DNA of 64,000 bases from Camelus ferus (lineage: Eukaryota), in contig NC_045698.1 of NCBI RefSeq assembly GCF_009834535.1, forward strand, positions 13,952,001 to 14,016,000, written 5' to 3'. The notes beneath the pieces are model-generated. The model was not told the origin of the DNA and did no database searches. It saw nothing but the letters and a program-made list of their open reading frames with translations. This document shows, piece after piece, positions 23,501 to 37,489 of the stretch (positions within the stretch are counted from its first letter, which is position 1; each line of letters starts with the position of its first letter). Position numbers and translations under genes: made by a program.

Positions 23501-24974
23501 AATGACACTCATAAAGAGAAGGATGGATATAAAGTCACTCTTGCCCAACATAATAAAGAGAGTGGCTTTGTTATAATTAATGGCCTAGATTGCTCTCTAC
23601 GGAGTCTTTACTCCTTGTATAAAGCTTAGTATGAATCCATTGCTTTTTGGTCTTTGGTTTTGTGCATGTGTATGTGCTTTGTTTTTGTTTTGCAGCTATG
23701 GATGTTTGTATTTTGTGAGATGGACCAGGATCCTACACTTTGGGAGTAGCTACTTTCTAATTATCATATCAAGATCTTTTTCTCACTGAATCGTTTGCCA
23801 TTCAATACATTTTCATTTTGATTCTTCGTAGAAAGACAGGCAGAAAAAGAACTAGGCAGCTACAACAGCCTATAAAGTAAGTAAAACAAACACTGCATTA
23901 ATCAATGTAATGTATCTAAGACTAAATATAAAAATCTGGTTCCCTGGAAATATCTGAGAATTCTTTGTATAGAGTTATTTAAAGTTTGAAGAATGAGTTA
24001 TATTAAAGAACAAGAAAATAATCAGACAGGATTACAGAACAAGGATTGAACTAGGAAAAGAATTAACATGGCAAATAATGGCTGAGGAAGTAAGGCTAAA
24101 TGAGGCATTGATTTAGTTATTTTAGAGATTCTTTTTCTATTAAAATAAACCCAGAAATCATATTGCTTTTGTTGATTTAGCACTTTTCACTGCTTATTTT
24201 AACGCTGTTCACTCTTAGGGTTCCAGAGAACCTATAAATGTCTTTCCACTGCCTCAAGGACCATTTATCAAACTCACTGCATGAGCTCACCTGGCAAGGG
24301 TTTATACATCTTGTTCTGCAGTATTTCCCTTTCAATAACTAAAGGAGTAATTCTAAAAGGAATTAACTAAAGAGAGAGCACCAAATGTGAGTACAGGTAA
24401 GCCATAGCCTGAGATATTTCATGCAAACGGACAACGGAGAAGGTGTAGTAAGTGGGGATTTTCACATATTCCCAGTTAATTCAGAAGCAGCAGCATCATA
24501 TATATGAATATAACTCTTCAATATTACTCTTTCATTGTGTCATTTGAGATCCAAAATAATTCTCAATTTGTCAGTTTTTGCCTTGCTTTGTAACAGAACT
24601 TTGTTTACTCAAGCCCTTGATTTTAAAAATATATATATATATATATTTTTTTTTTACTTCTTAATCTCTCCTTTGTAGTCACTTAGAAGGTCACCAGACC
24701 AGCCATTTCTCAAACTCTGAGGCTATTTTCAAGCTGTAGACTGGGTCAAGAGACTTTACTATGTGTCACAAAAATATTCAGAGCTTTGCTGAAGGGCTTA
24801 TGAACTGTCTTAAGAAACTTATTCACATTTTATAAATAAAAACTGAAGACAAGCTAATATTACCTTTTTGAAATAACGAAGAAATACAGCTAACTATCCT
24901 CCAATACTACGTTTCAAATCATTCAGAGGTAAGTACCACATGCTATTTATATTTGCAATGGACTATTTAAACAT

Positions 24975-25420
24975 AGCTTATTCAGCCAGAAGAAAAGAAT
25001 ACAATCTTGCCATTTGTGACAACGTGGCTGGACTTTGAGAGCATTATGCTAAGTCAGACAGAGACAACTACTGTATGATCTCATACAGATGTGGAATCTG
25101 AAAAAAATAAACAATCACCCTCCTCCCCCCCACCCCCAAACTCAAAGATGCAGAGAATAGCAGGCAGAGTGTAGGAGGTGGGGGCAAAATGGGTAAAGGA
25201 GTCAAAAGATACAAACTTCCAGTTATAGAATAAACACGTCGGGGAGTGTAATGTAATGACTAAGGTTAATAATACTGTATTGCATGTTTGAAAGTTGCTA
25301 AGCGAGTAGAGAGAGTTCTCATCACAAGAAAGACGTTGTAACAATGTATGGTGACAGATGTTAACTAGACTCACTGCGGGGATCATTTTGCAATATATAC
25401 AAATATTGAATCATGTCATA
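24975..25420 (+). mobile_element. L1 3' UTR fragment (L1MA9-like)
   Basis: aatcttgccatttgtgacaacgtgg, gcattatgctaagt, tacaaacttccagttata, gttaataatactgtattg, gatcattttgcaatatataca. Confidence 0.85.
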
Positions 25421-26504
25421 TGTAGGTGCATGCACTCCATTGAAGCATCACACCCATCCACGCCGTTGCATGCATTCTCCAATGGCCTGCTGTCTCTCTG
25501 CTTTTCCACAGGCTGCAAACATTGCTTTGACTGCTGGTGGCATCTAAGTAGAGAATGCAATGTGACGTTGTAAGCAGGGGCCAGTGCAGTTAATTTACAC
25601 TGCATAAGCTGGCCTCCAGTGTGCTTACCTACCTGCTCACTGTGAATAAAGACAATCATAACATTTCTATATATCAGGGCCCCTGTGATGTCTTTTATTT
25701 TTTATTGCATACTGTTTTCAGATTTTACATGGCAACCCTGTCATCAAACAGAATTGATAATGAAACAAAGATAACAGCTTAATCTCCATATGTCAACAGT
25801 TATTAAACACAACCTATTTCTTCCAATGACTGTTTGCGTGCTAAAAGAACCAAATTCTAACAAACTGGAAATCACCAAATTAATTCAGTTAATTCATTTA
25901 ATGAAGAAATTAATTCAGTGAGAATTTACTGCATTACCAGTAGGTGTTCAGTGCTCAGAATACAAAGGGGTACAGAAAAGAGTCCTGAAACAGATGTGCT
26001 CACATTAAATAGATTGACCTTTTTATGAACATATCATAACCGAGACAGTTTGACCTGGATTATTTCAAACATATTTTAAAAATTTATTTAGAGAATGAGG
26101 CATTGAGGGGCGAGATATCTCTTAATTAACACATTATTTTCTGGCTACTGAAACGTGTAGGTAATGGATCAAAATGAGTGAGAAGATCCTGGATGTAATT
26201 ATACTGCTCTAGTAACTTCTTACTTGTGCTTTGGAAACATCAGTCAAATTCAAGACAAATCCCATTTCCCTGAAGTATGCTTGTAATGGCATGTGGGAAT
26301 TTAAGTTAAAGGACAAGTTCCTATTCTTCTCTCATCTAAAATCATATTAAGCTATTTCTGCAGAACTCTTTCTATAATGTGTGAAAGAAAAAGCTTGTCA
26401 ATAACTCTATTTTGATACGTAACAGTATGGTTATTTAAAAGAGCAACATGAGGTTTTCTCTTCTTTCTGTTTCCACCCTAGAAATCTGGACCATATTGAA
26501 AAAC

Positions 26505-26759
26505 AAGTGTATCAATTAAGAACATGGATTCTGCAGACAGACTGATAGTGTTCAAACTCTATTCTCAGTGATTAGCAGTGTGGCCTTAAGAAAATTACTT
26601 CTCTGTGACTCAGTTTCCTCCTTCAGAAAACGTGGGTCATGAATTCTCATCTTGTCATAAGGCTACTGTAATGATGAAATAAAATAGCATTTGCAAAGCA
26701 CAGAAAAATGCCCAGAAAAGCAAAACAAAATCATAAGCAAAATTTCGCACTGTTCTTAC
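26505..26759 (+). mobile_element. MIR SINE
   Basis: ttaagaacatggattctgcagacagactg, core ctctgtgactcagtttcctc, tgcaaagcacagaaaaatgccc. Confidence 0.75.
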
Positions 26760-27377
26760 TGAGACAGGAAGGGGGCAGGGCACAGCCATTCAAGGAATGC
26801 TACAGCAATTAACATCAAAATGGTAAAAGATTCAACCCCTAGTAGGCCTTGAGGCACCAAATGGTGGGAGATTTGACTTCTAGGAGACCTTGAGCTTCAC
26901 TATACGCCCATTGTAATATATTAGCTTGGTGAATAACATGCCCACAGGCGCAATGGCAGTCCCAAGGCTAGCCACAAAAGGTCAAAGAGTGGGAAATGGC
27001 CAACTTCCTGGGAATCCCAGCCCCTTCCCCAGGCTAGTTAGACTGGTCCTTCCACTTATTAGCATATGAAGCCATAAAAACTGGCAACAGGATGCCTCGA
27101 AGCCACTGCCATCTCTCTCCCTCTTCGGAGACCGCCAGCACTCTATGGAGTGTGTAACTACTTTTAATCTGAACACCCAACCTCCACACCTCATGGCCTT
27201 TCTCGTAACTTTCAATGTATCTCTCGAATAACTCTACCTTTTCTCAACTGGGGCTCGCTCTTGAATTCTTTCCTGCACGAAGCCAAGGACCCACACCTGG
27301 CGGGGCACGTCCCAGGGGCTCAACCGAAGTCTGGGACACAGCCCTCCTCACGCACCACATCCTTTTTTCCAGCATCA
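26760..27377 (+). mobile_element. ERV1-class solo LTR, MER41-like, 618 bp
   Basis: TG...CA termini; 4-bp TSD ttac/ttat; TATA-like cataaaaa at 27073-27080; ctctatggagt and ctcgctcttgaattctttcctgcacgaagccaagga match MER41-type R/U5 motifs. Confidence 0.85.
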
Positions 27378-29499
27378 TTATTATTTATATATTATCATGT
27401 GTCAGGACGACCAGATAATATGGTCAGCTTAGTGGGAAATGTTCTCCCAAAGAATATGCTTAAATGAACACAGTTCCCACAGTTTTTATAGTATTCCAAA
27501 TCTTACCGAGCTTTGTAACGTCATCTAATTTTCAACTCCAAATGGCCCCGTGAGGTGACAGGACAGGATATATATATACATATTTTTAATTTATTGATGA
27601 GGATAAAGACAGAAAATATCAAATAACTCATCTGGATTTGCTAATAAGTGTTCAGTGATTTTTCTACTGATTATTGGTGCCAGATTTGTTTTTTCCAGAG
27701 CAAATGAATTGAATGTAGCATGTTCCTTAGATAGATTAGCAGGTCTATCTAAACAGAGTTGCCTACAGTAGTATTTCATATTTTACTACAGGCAAATTTT
27801 TTTGATGTAGGTATATTTGATAATTTTGCTGATGCTTGATCATTAGGTGACTCTCTTTAAATTACATAAAACCAATATTTACATATGCAAGTACATATAG
27901 GAACACTAAACATTATCTTTTCTTAGTTTAATTCTCATGTCAAAGATGTTGCTATTTTATACTTTTTTGGAACCACTCCTGGAAGACCAGAAGAAATGAG
28001 AAATGATTGCTTTATAAACGCTTGATAACAAAGTCCTTCATCTTTGGAAGTCATATTTGATGGTTGGAAATAGATGTAGGATCTTAAATTAAATCTAAGT
28101 CATTAAAGTAAATGATTATGATATGTTTGGACCATAAAAAGAGTATCAATTCTTAGCAAGAAGGCTGTATATATATATTTATGTATGTATGTATCTGTCT
28201 CTCTCCTATTTTATTTTTCTGTTTTACATCACAAACTGTCTCTGAATATGATTTTGAAAGGGAAGTTCAAAGGTATGTTTAACAAGCTTGACATGGTTGT
28301 ACAGAATATAATTCTCCAAAGTAATTGCCTTGAAGAGTTACAATCATTCTTATGTGCTTTGGCAGAGGGAAAATAGACATTCCCATTAATTTTCAGTCAA
28401 AATGTATATTTATTATAGGTGACGGCAGCAAGAGAAAGTTTCCTAAAAGTAAAGTGGGCTTTTTTTCATAGTAAAGTGCCAATGAATTGTGAAATATTAC
28501 CCATAAAACCACTACTTGCTGAAATAGACCTGGCTCAATTGATGACTTTCAATTACTAAGTGGAAAAGCCCTCCCCTGATTTTTATACAGTCTGATTCAC
28601 TTATGGCAACAAACATTATAGAAAAAGATTATAAGCTGCAGATTTGCAAGTCCACCTAGTTCTGGAGCTCAATTAATAAATATTAATCATCTTTTTAATA
28701 GTTGAAAAGCCATACACAAACATATTCCCAACTAAAGATGCATTTTTTTTTATTCAAATGATTTTGTGGAGAAAGAGCTTTACTTTATTTCTATGTTTTG
28801 TAAGTGTTTTGTTTGTAGGATGTACCTTGAAACTATAAAGAAATTTATTTATGATTTAAATTTTAATAATTACTTATAAATCATTTGACTAGTAATGTTT
28901 ATATACACAGCTATCTAATCTCCATGATATGTTATCAATATAAATTAAATTCAAACTGTTTTCATTTATAAAAACAAAACTATTTATATAAAATTGTGGA
29001 ATTACCATAGTCATTATTTTTAAAAAAATTACCCTGTATTCTATGCATTCTTTCATCTTTTGTTGGATTTTTCTCATGCTGTGTTCATAGTTACTCACAT
29101 ATTAGTGTAACATATCATTCAGAAAGTAAAGACAAGGAGAAAAAAATAGCTGAAATCATGACGATGTTTATTCTTATCCAAATCTGTACTCCTATTGGTA
29201 TTTTCTAAGCAGAAATCTTCTTTGGTATTTTATTTCCATCACTATGGATTTACCTTTTATAAGCCACATGATTCTTTCAGCCAGAAATGACAGAATAAAT
29301 ACAATTTTCTCTCAAGCCAAACTGAGAGAAAAGACTGAATCCAAACCATCTGTGCCTCTCTTCTTAATGGAGTTTTGCTCCTCTGGGGAAAATTAATTTA
29401 GAGGCTCTGGAAATCTACACAGTGCAGGTAGATTGTTTAGATTGGACATGTCAACCTCACTGCCGACACACCAACCCTGACCCCTCATTCAGTAACAAA

Positions 29500-29670
29500 G
29501 CCTGTTTTAGTTTAGTCTGCACAATCCTAATCCCTTTGTTCTAACTGCTCTTTTTATTCCACAGTAATTACCACCTTCTAACATTACGTGTAATTTTATT
29601 TTTATTATGTTGTTACTGTTTATTGTCTGTTTTCTCTACACTACCCTCGACACAACGAGAATATAAGCCA
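29500..29670 (+). mobile_element. L2 3' fragment
   Basis: ttattccacagtaattaccaccttctaacatt...tttattgtctgttttctc...agaatataagc. Confidence 0.55.
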
Positions 29671-30389
29671 AGTGGTCACAAACTGGAAAATCAAATGATA
29701 GGAAAACTCTTAAGCATGAAGAGTACATTTTTTTTCCCCCTAATACCGTGGCATGTGTCACAGGAAACACATGAACACCACCTAAGCTTTACTTCAATAC
29801 ACCCAACTGACTAGGGGCGCTAAGAGGGGAAAGCAATGTGTTGAAAATCTGTTTCTTGTGCTGTGTATCTAAGTCATTCTGAATCACCCATGTCTGGAAG
29901 CCTAGAGCTGGGAAAGCAAGAATAAACAAGCAGATGCCTCATTAGAACCGCTGCTCCTTCTCTGCCTGCGGTGGAGTTCAAGGTTCTTCTCTGATGTTGT
30001 GGGTCATAGCTAGGAAGACGTTTTGATATACTTATCCCATGGAAGCTGTGATAAAGCCAGATACCGAAATGCCAATCTTCTGTATGTGGATCCTTCAAAA
30101 AATTTTTACAAAGACAAATAACAGAAAAAAATTAAAATAAATAAAACAGGGGAAAAAAGAATAGGGTGTCTGTTCCCTTTGCTGGGGTTTGGTATGGTCC
30201 CAATAGCATCTTTGCTTCTCTAAGGATGCAGAACCTGTGAAATAATACCGCCAGGTAACATCAAACCAGCTTGCAATTTCTGCTCTGGGCAAGGAATCTC
30301 AACAGCTTCTAGAAGAATTGTGTGCAGCCCCGAGGAGAAGACATCCATACGGTGGAGACAATTTCAGGCTGGCTTAGCATACCGGCTAA

Positions 30390-30618
30390 GAGCCTGTCTC
30401 TAAAATGAGAATGCAGAGGCTTTTTCACTTAATCCTTTGTGAATGTGCTTAAATTACTTAAATCTTTTGTCCTTCAGTTACCTGATCTGGAAAATAAGAT
30501 ACTAGCTGTACCTTTTCCACAGTATCATTGAAAGGATAAAATGAGATGAAACACAGAAAAGATTTAAAGCAGTGCTTGCATGTGGCAACTACTCAATACA
30601 TGTCACCTATGTTACTGT
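30390..30618 (+). mobile_element. MIR SINE
   Basis: aattacttaaatcttttgtccttcagttacctgatctggaaaat...aggataaaatgagat...actcaatacatgtc. Confidence 0.7.
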
Positions 30619-30639
30619 TCTTTTTAAAGACGCAAGCAA

Positions 30640-31720
30640 TACGTTATGTGAGGACCAGTAAAGCAGGGTATGAAACAAGAAGGTGATTCAGTTTGAATAT
30701 TATATTGAGTAGCTAGAAAAGACTTTTATGAAAGGTGATAGCTGATCTGAGAATAAAGGGAGGGAATGAACCAAGTGCTAATTTAAGGAAAGCCTTGTAG
30801 ACTTGGAGGAGTGAAAGCAAATGCCAACTGTGCAAAGCTAGAGGGAGCTGGAGTCCAGGAACGCTAGGAGTCAGTGTGGCTGGAGCAGAGACAGGCAGGG
30901 GAAAATAAACCAGAGCAGAGAGGTAGAGACGCTAAGTCATGGAAGGCCCTACAGGTCCGTGGAAGGGTACTGTCTTCCATTTTGCGGGAAGTATTGGTGG
31001 TTTTGGTAGAGAAGGTAGAGGACTCCTTGGCCTGGATAGGCTGAGTTCTTACAAAAATAGTAATGATTTATTTCCTGCTCATGTTCCACATCCCTGGATA
31101 TAGGTCAGCTATAGCTCTCCTCTGTGTCCTTTCATTCTGGGTCCCGTGTTGAATGACCATGCCCCAAGGCAGAAGGGAAGAGCAAGAGAGATGGAGTTAT
31201 TTCTGCTGGGAACTGGTGCAGATCACTGTGTTCACATGGCATTGCCCTACAAGTCATGAGGCCAGGCCTCTCCATAGGGTCAGGATGTGTGCTCTTTCCT
31301 CTGAGAATCTCAAAGTGGAAGCATATATACCTCCAAAAAAGAAGAAGCAGATGATTGTAAACAATAATATCATCTATTAAAGAAAACATGAAAGTGTGAG
31401 TTTTAAAAGGATCCCTCAATGGTCGTTTCATGAAGAATGCAATATATGTAAGTAAAAATAGAATCGGGGAGAGAAGATGATCCTGAGATCTTCTACAGAA
31501 AGTAATAATGTTTCTACCTAAGATTAGAAATAGAGGTGAAATGCAGGGATTGAATTGAAGATATATATATTGAATACAGAGTTGCTAAGATGTGCTTACA
31601 GACTGGCTGTAAGTCGTGGGAGAAAGGAAAAACTCGGAATGATTTTTTATTTGTTTTGTTGTTTCTGTTGTTTGGCCTGAGCCACAGAAAAAAATGAATG
31701 TGTCACTGAAATGGAGAAAC
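30640..31720 (-). mobile_element. L2 remnant interrupted by an old MaLR LTR (MLT1I/J/K-like, ~31030-31380)
   Basis: Reverse L2 motifs (gtcagtgtggctggagcagag; tttggcctgagccac) flank gatttatttcctgctcatg...ttcacatggcattg...aagtcatgaggccaggcct. Confidence 0.55.
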
Positions 31721-34269
31721 TGAAATATAAATTAAAACATGGCCTAAATGGGAAAAAAACATTTTTAAAAACTACAATTTATATTAAAATTTAGAAAATT
31801 CAAATCAAACAAACAATGTAGAAAACATCTTAAAACTTTCCCATGGAGAAGAGTAAAGGGAAAAAAAAATGGTAGAGAGTAAGAGAGAAAAGCTGATACA
31901 GGAGATAGATTTCAGCATTTAACAAATGGTAACAGAGTAGTTAAAGTGATGAAATATAACACACGCAAGGTTCAAAGATAGAAAGGGGGAGGAGGAAAAG
32001 GCAGATGAGGATAGGTGAAGGAGGAAACTTTCTAACTGGAAAATAATGAGCTTTCAGGTCAAAAATGTTCTCAGTTAAGAGTGAGAATCATAATAAAAGG
32101 AAATAGCATTGAAAGGCATTGATGTAAGTTTTTTTTTTTTTTCCAATTGCAAGGCTAATTTTGGCATATTTACACCCCACTGCCCCAAGAAACAAGTGTG
32201 GTCTCACAAGATAAACTTAGAGGAGTTATGGTTTTCACTGATATTTCTAACTTAAGGGCAATAAATGCAAAATTTGAATCCCTTAGGCAATTAGAGATTG
32301 ATGCAATTGAAGGATGGCTTTTGTGGTGAGTCCCAGAGGCCATCCTCAAGCAGGCAGAGACAATTTAGAAGCGGTAATCTCCTCTCTGCAGCTAAATGTA
32401 CACAGGGAACAGGTCCCGTAGACTAGAGGGTCAGAGTGCCTGGACGCCCAGGCAAGTGGCAGATGGATCACTGACCGCCTGTCTGCTGCCACGTTCTCCT
32501 CTGCTAGTTTTGCAATAATGGTGATTAAACCATCAGCAGACCAAGGGGTTCAGCCATCATTTGTGAAAACCCTAGTTTCACTTACCAGTATAAGAAAAGT
32601 GAGACAATCAATAAACTATTCTTATTAGATGACCTAGGTGTGCATTTGTAATTGAAAATATCTAAAACTCAAAATATTCAAAAACAGAGCTATGCAGGCA
32701 GAAAAAAAAATGATATGATGTGTTTTAAAGATACTTGAGGACAGAATCATGAAAACTACCTGTTGGGCTGGAGTCTTGGAATCTAGAACCAAATTGAAAC
32801 ATATCTCAGCTAAATGCCTTGCATGTTTAATGTCTTAATAGAAAGGGAAGAAGTCAGATTAGGCATTCTGGAATCCTGTAACTAAATATTACTAATCAAT
32901 TTTCACATTTTGTTTTGTTTGTTTTTCTGAGTCAACCTTTCGAACCAAATTACCAGTCTCTACCTAATTAAATCTTCCTCTTTTGTCTTTCACCCTTTAG
33001 TGATTCAATTGATGCTCAAATCATTTTATATATGAAATCTCTCTACCTTTGATGATGAATTATTTTATAATCAGGGGTCAATTTTTTTCCAGTCATTTCA
33101 TAATGAATTAAAGAAAAATACTTAGTTTTGAACTAACAGTATAACATTTTTAGTTTTAATGCTCCAAATCTTCTCACCTATTCTTCATGATAAATTAAAT
33201 TTTGTACATAGAGGGATTTTTTTCCACTTAAATTAGGAAAAAATATCAGTATTTATTATATGTAATGAAAAGATTTGCCTTATTTTAGTGACCCTAGTTA
33301 TGCATTTTTGATGTGATTGCATATTTTACTTACTCTTCCTGCAAGGATAGCTTAATGGCAGAAGCTAAATAAAGAATTCACAGTGAATTACTTCTTATCC
33401 CCACCCTGGAATATTTCCTTAATCTACACATTTTTTTTTCAAGAGTTTTCAATTAAGGTAGGAAGCAACAGCCCGTGACACGGAAATCTATAAACCACTT
33501 GTTCTGACCTACACATTAAAAAATCCATATAATAAATACTAATACTAAATCAGTTTCTTAGAAGTCTGTGGGTAACCATATAGAAAAACTCTTGCTTAGA
33601 AATATGTTTGTAATTGTAAAACAAACAAGTCTTCCAACTAAGATTAATTCAAAATTAACACTGACAAATATGTAACCTTCTTTCATTTTACCCCTGTAGT
33701 AAATGCTTTCTAAGTCAATGTGGGAAGAATGAATAAATGAAGTAAATATTTTCCACACAATATTATAGGAATCAAGTTACCAGAATATATCTCAGGACTC
33801 AAAAAAAATATTTCAACGGAATTGCTTGTCAAAGACATTTTTCTATAGCTAGTTGTATACATAGTTCTGAAAAAATATTTAAAAATATCAAGACAGAAAA
33901 TGGAAAGACCTGGCCGTCAGTCATCAGCATAACTACTTAGAAGTCAGCACACTCCAGCAGAAACATCAACACAAGAATTTAAGTTCTGTCAAAAAGAAGT
34001 GAAGGGAGAAAAGAAAACTTTAACTAGAGAGAGGATTTTATCCAAAAGACTCCCCAAAGTGGACATTCTATGTGAGTCTCATCAAAATTATAAAACTTCT
34101 CCCTGCTTCCTTTATTCCTTAAACACACTTAGAAACTCAGCTACAAGTATCAACCTGCATTTCTGTTTGTATTTAAAGGGACAGATACCTATGATAAGCA
34201 AACATAATAAAAACAAGAATTGCGGGTCATCAAGGATTATTTTGTGAAAACTAGAAGTCAACTGAAAGA

Positions 34270-34480
34270 ACTTCAGAATCAGACAGGAACAGGACCAGCT
34301 CTCTGTCTTGCTCTTGTATTAGCTGTGTAAGTTTACTTAACCTCTCAGAATGGCAGTTTCCTCATATAAAGAATGGAAAAATACCAGTAAGATAAAATTT
34401 TCTGAGGTTTGATTAACTTACATGTTTTTTGTAAGGTTATAAAATTTATCAGGGATTAAGTAAGCACTTAGAAAATCATA
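34270..34480 (+). mobile_element. MIR SINE
   Basis: attagctgtgtaagtttacttaacctctcagaatggcagtttcctcatataaagaatgg...taagcacttagaa. Confidence 0.7.
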
Positions 34481-35041
34481 GCAATCAATGCAATTCATGT
34501 TGCGATTCACATTTTATATACTTTTTATGTAATAAAAGATACTAGCCTTTTACTTATCAGTAATATCATTACTTACATCTCATCTTTTAACATTCTTATT
34601 CTATTCATATGTTGGTGAAAGCAAATAATTAGAATATAATTTTCTTTAGAAGTTATATTTTATGGATAATATTATGTTATTAGCAGTGTCTATTAAATTT
34701 ATTACTGCTTTATGATAGACCCAGTGCTATGACAGAAATTTGTGGGAGAAATTTGTGGGAGTAGGGAGATTTAGCTCAGAGTGATAGTTGGAAAAAATTT
34801 AGGGAGGGCTTTCAGAGATCAATTTTGAAGGAAAAGTAGACATCAGTCCGATAAACAAAAAAATGGTGGAAGAAATAAGACAGTACTATTGCTGTTTTAC
34901 AGAGATGTGCGGGCGTCATATTTTTTAGGAAATATTGGAGCAAAAAGAGTTTATGTAGGGATGAGAAAGATGATCCTTGAAAGGCAAAATGAGAAACAGA
35001 TCACAAAAGGGTCTAATATGTGTTGTAAAAAAAGTATGGCT

Positions 35042-35259
35042 CTTTTTAAGTCTATTTTTATATATAGTGGTTAACATTTGTAAATCTCAAGCTCCCACAT
35101 TTATTTCCTTCTACCCTCTTTCCCTGGTAACCATAGATTGTTTACTAAGTTTGGAAAAAATATGAAAATGAATACATGTATGTATATGCATGACTGGGAC
35201 ATTGTGCTGTGCACTAGAAATTGACACATTGTAATTGACTATACTTCAATAAAAAAAAA
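35042..35259 (+). mobile_element. Short young L1 3'-end insertion with 5' inversion
   Basis: 35042-~35154 is L1 3' UTR in reverse (aligns by eye to ~1760-1875). ~35155-35259 is the sense L1 terminus ending gactatacttcaataaaaaaaaa. TSD aaaaaaa(g/a)tatggct at 35027-35041 and 35252-35266. Confidence 0.85.
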
Positions 35260-36964
35260 TATGGCTTTTATTCTGAAGGTATTGTGGAGGATGAAGACTG
35301 ATGTTCATAAAGCAAAAATTGAAAAGACTGGATTCTGATTTTTTGAAATACCAGTCTGGAGGAGGTGTTGAGTATAGGTTAAAAATTCTGAGACCACAGG
35401 GAGCAAAAGCATTCAGGAGGACCATGAAAACATGATGGTATGCGAGCTAAGGGGGTATCAGAAATGGCAAAAGTGGGCAAATGATGTCTATAATAAAGAT
35501 TGAAATTAAATGTTTCTTTTTTTTTAAGTTTGGATAAAAGGATGTGTTTCTTTACAAGGAGAGTTACTAGACATCAACTTGGCTTCACAACTTTGAACAC
35601 TGGAATTTTGAATGACCTAGATTTGGCTCATAAGGGGAAACCAAACTACTTTTACTCCTACTTTTCCATCTGCTTTGTGGTCTAATCCTTTTTTATGCTC
35701 CTGGATAAAACCTCAGACAAGCCCTATAGCTTTTCAGGCTCTCCATATAATATACAATATAAATAGTTCCTTGCTTAGGCATAAAAATCCCAGAGAGGTT
35801 ATTCATTACATAAGCACCATCTTGTCCAGAACAGCAGCCCCTAAGCTTGGATCTGCACAGGTCCTGTAAGCCACCAGGGGGACATGAACTAGTCAGTTTC
35901 TCTGCATTATATCATTTCCCCTCTACTCCCTTCTTAGCTGCTATTTAAAACCCTTCCAGAACCTGACCCAGAGGAAGGGGAGGATATGCTGAAATCAACA
36001 CAATCACCCAGGACAGAGTTGGCTGTAATCTCGGGTTGGTGTCCTCTCCACCACTGATGTGACCTTGCTGGCTCTTCCTCAGGCACCATTTTTGTGGACC
36101 TGCAACAGCAGTCCCCTTGACATAGACAATGTCCAAAACTTCTCCAGTGTGTTATCGAGCGCATCTTCTCATTTGGGTCAAGGGAACCTTACACTTCTGT
36201 CACGAGGGTTGTTTTAAACTTTCAGGAAGTACTCTTGAGCAGAATCCCCAAGGATTTTTGCTGTCGGTAGAGCACATTTATCTTGCTGGAAAGAAAGGCG
36301 TGGCTTTCTCTCTCTGCCACCTTAGCCTACACCTGTGGAACCTCCCCTGCAGGCCCTGGGATCTTTAAGCCCAGGTGACTCTTGCTGGGCTTACCTTAGA
36401 ACCTCCTTTACCTGCTTAAGGTGAATCAAAGCGACCCATGCCTTTGCCCAGGAAGGGACTGGAGGATGTGGTTGATGGCCAGTTTCCTCTGTTAAGGTGC
36501 TATCTTCCACATTTCCAACCACGGCCTGTCTTAGAGGAGGCAGGTGTGTGACTGTTTAACGTTCCCCAAACAACACTTGAGTCATTCCCTTTGTAATTAA
36601 GGATAATACCTCCTACTTCTCTTCTGAGGGAGATGAAACGCACTATTGTTCTTCCCTCAGCCTTTCTTCAGAAGCCTCTGTGGAAATATTGAGACAACAG
36701 GATGGAGCTCACGTACAATGTGTTACAGAGGCCTTTAAAAATAGAATGTGTGTATTTTAATCCTGGTTTTGATTCCTGTGAATTTTCTTTGGAGGAAGGG
36801 GAGGCATAAATGGGACAAGGAAAAAAAAGTTACAAAACATCTACAATATTCTTGTTTTTTTTTTTCGCTTATATGGTGTAGCTTAAAAAAATCCTGCCAA
36901 TCTTCTATGTATTAGAAAATACTTTATGATATGTAAATGTCATGTGCATATATGAAATCAATTA

Positions 36965-37394
36965 TAGGCATACCTCATTTTATCCTGCTTTGCTTTTTTG
37001 TGCTTCACAGATATTGAAGGTTTGTGGTAACCCTGCGGAGAGCGGGTCTACTGGCCTATTTTTCCAACAGCATTTGCTCGCCCTGTGTCCCTGTGTCATA
37101 TTTAGTAATTCTCACAATATTTTAAACTTTGATCCATGACCTTTAATGTTACTACTAGGACTCACTGAAGGCTCAGATGATGGTAGGCATTTTTTAGCAA
37201 GAAAATGATTTTTAATTAAGATACGTACATTGTTTTGGGGACATAATGCTATTTCACACTTAATCAACTACAGTTTACTGGAAACATAACTTATACTCAC
37301 CAGGAAACTGAAAAATCTTGACTCACTTGGTGGTGATATTTGCTTTATTGCAATTGTCTGAAACTGAACCCACAAGGTCGCTGAGGTATGTCTG
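36965..37394. mobile_element. Tigger1 internal-deletion derivative (Tigger1a-like MITE), 430 bp
   Basis: TIRs (t)aggcatacctc ... gaggtatgtctg with TA on both sides; internal ttgaaggtttgtggtaaccctgc and tcactgaaggctcagatgat. Confidence 0.9.
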
Positions 37395-37489
37395 TAAGTG
37401 TATATGTGTGTGTGTAAATGTATGTGACTGTATATGTATATGTGTGTAGGTTTCAATGTATTAGTAGTATACATTAAACCATTACATTA

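Noticed and set aside
25579..25614. Small hairpin ggccagtgcagt...actgca(taag)ctggcc
   Set aside because: Short bulged stem; could be chance or an unrecognisable MITE remnant.
34734..34761. Exact 13-bp tandem duplication agaaatttgtggg
   Set aside because: Ordinary micro-duplication inside a probable L2 remnant.
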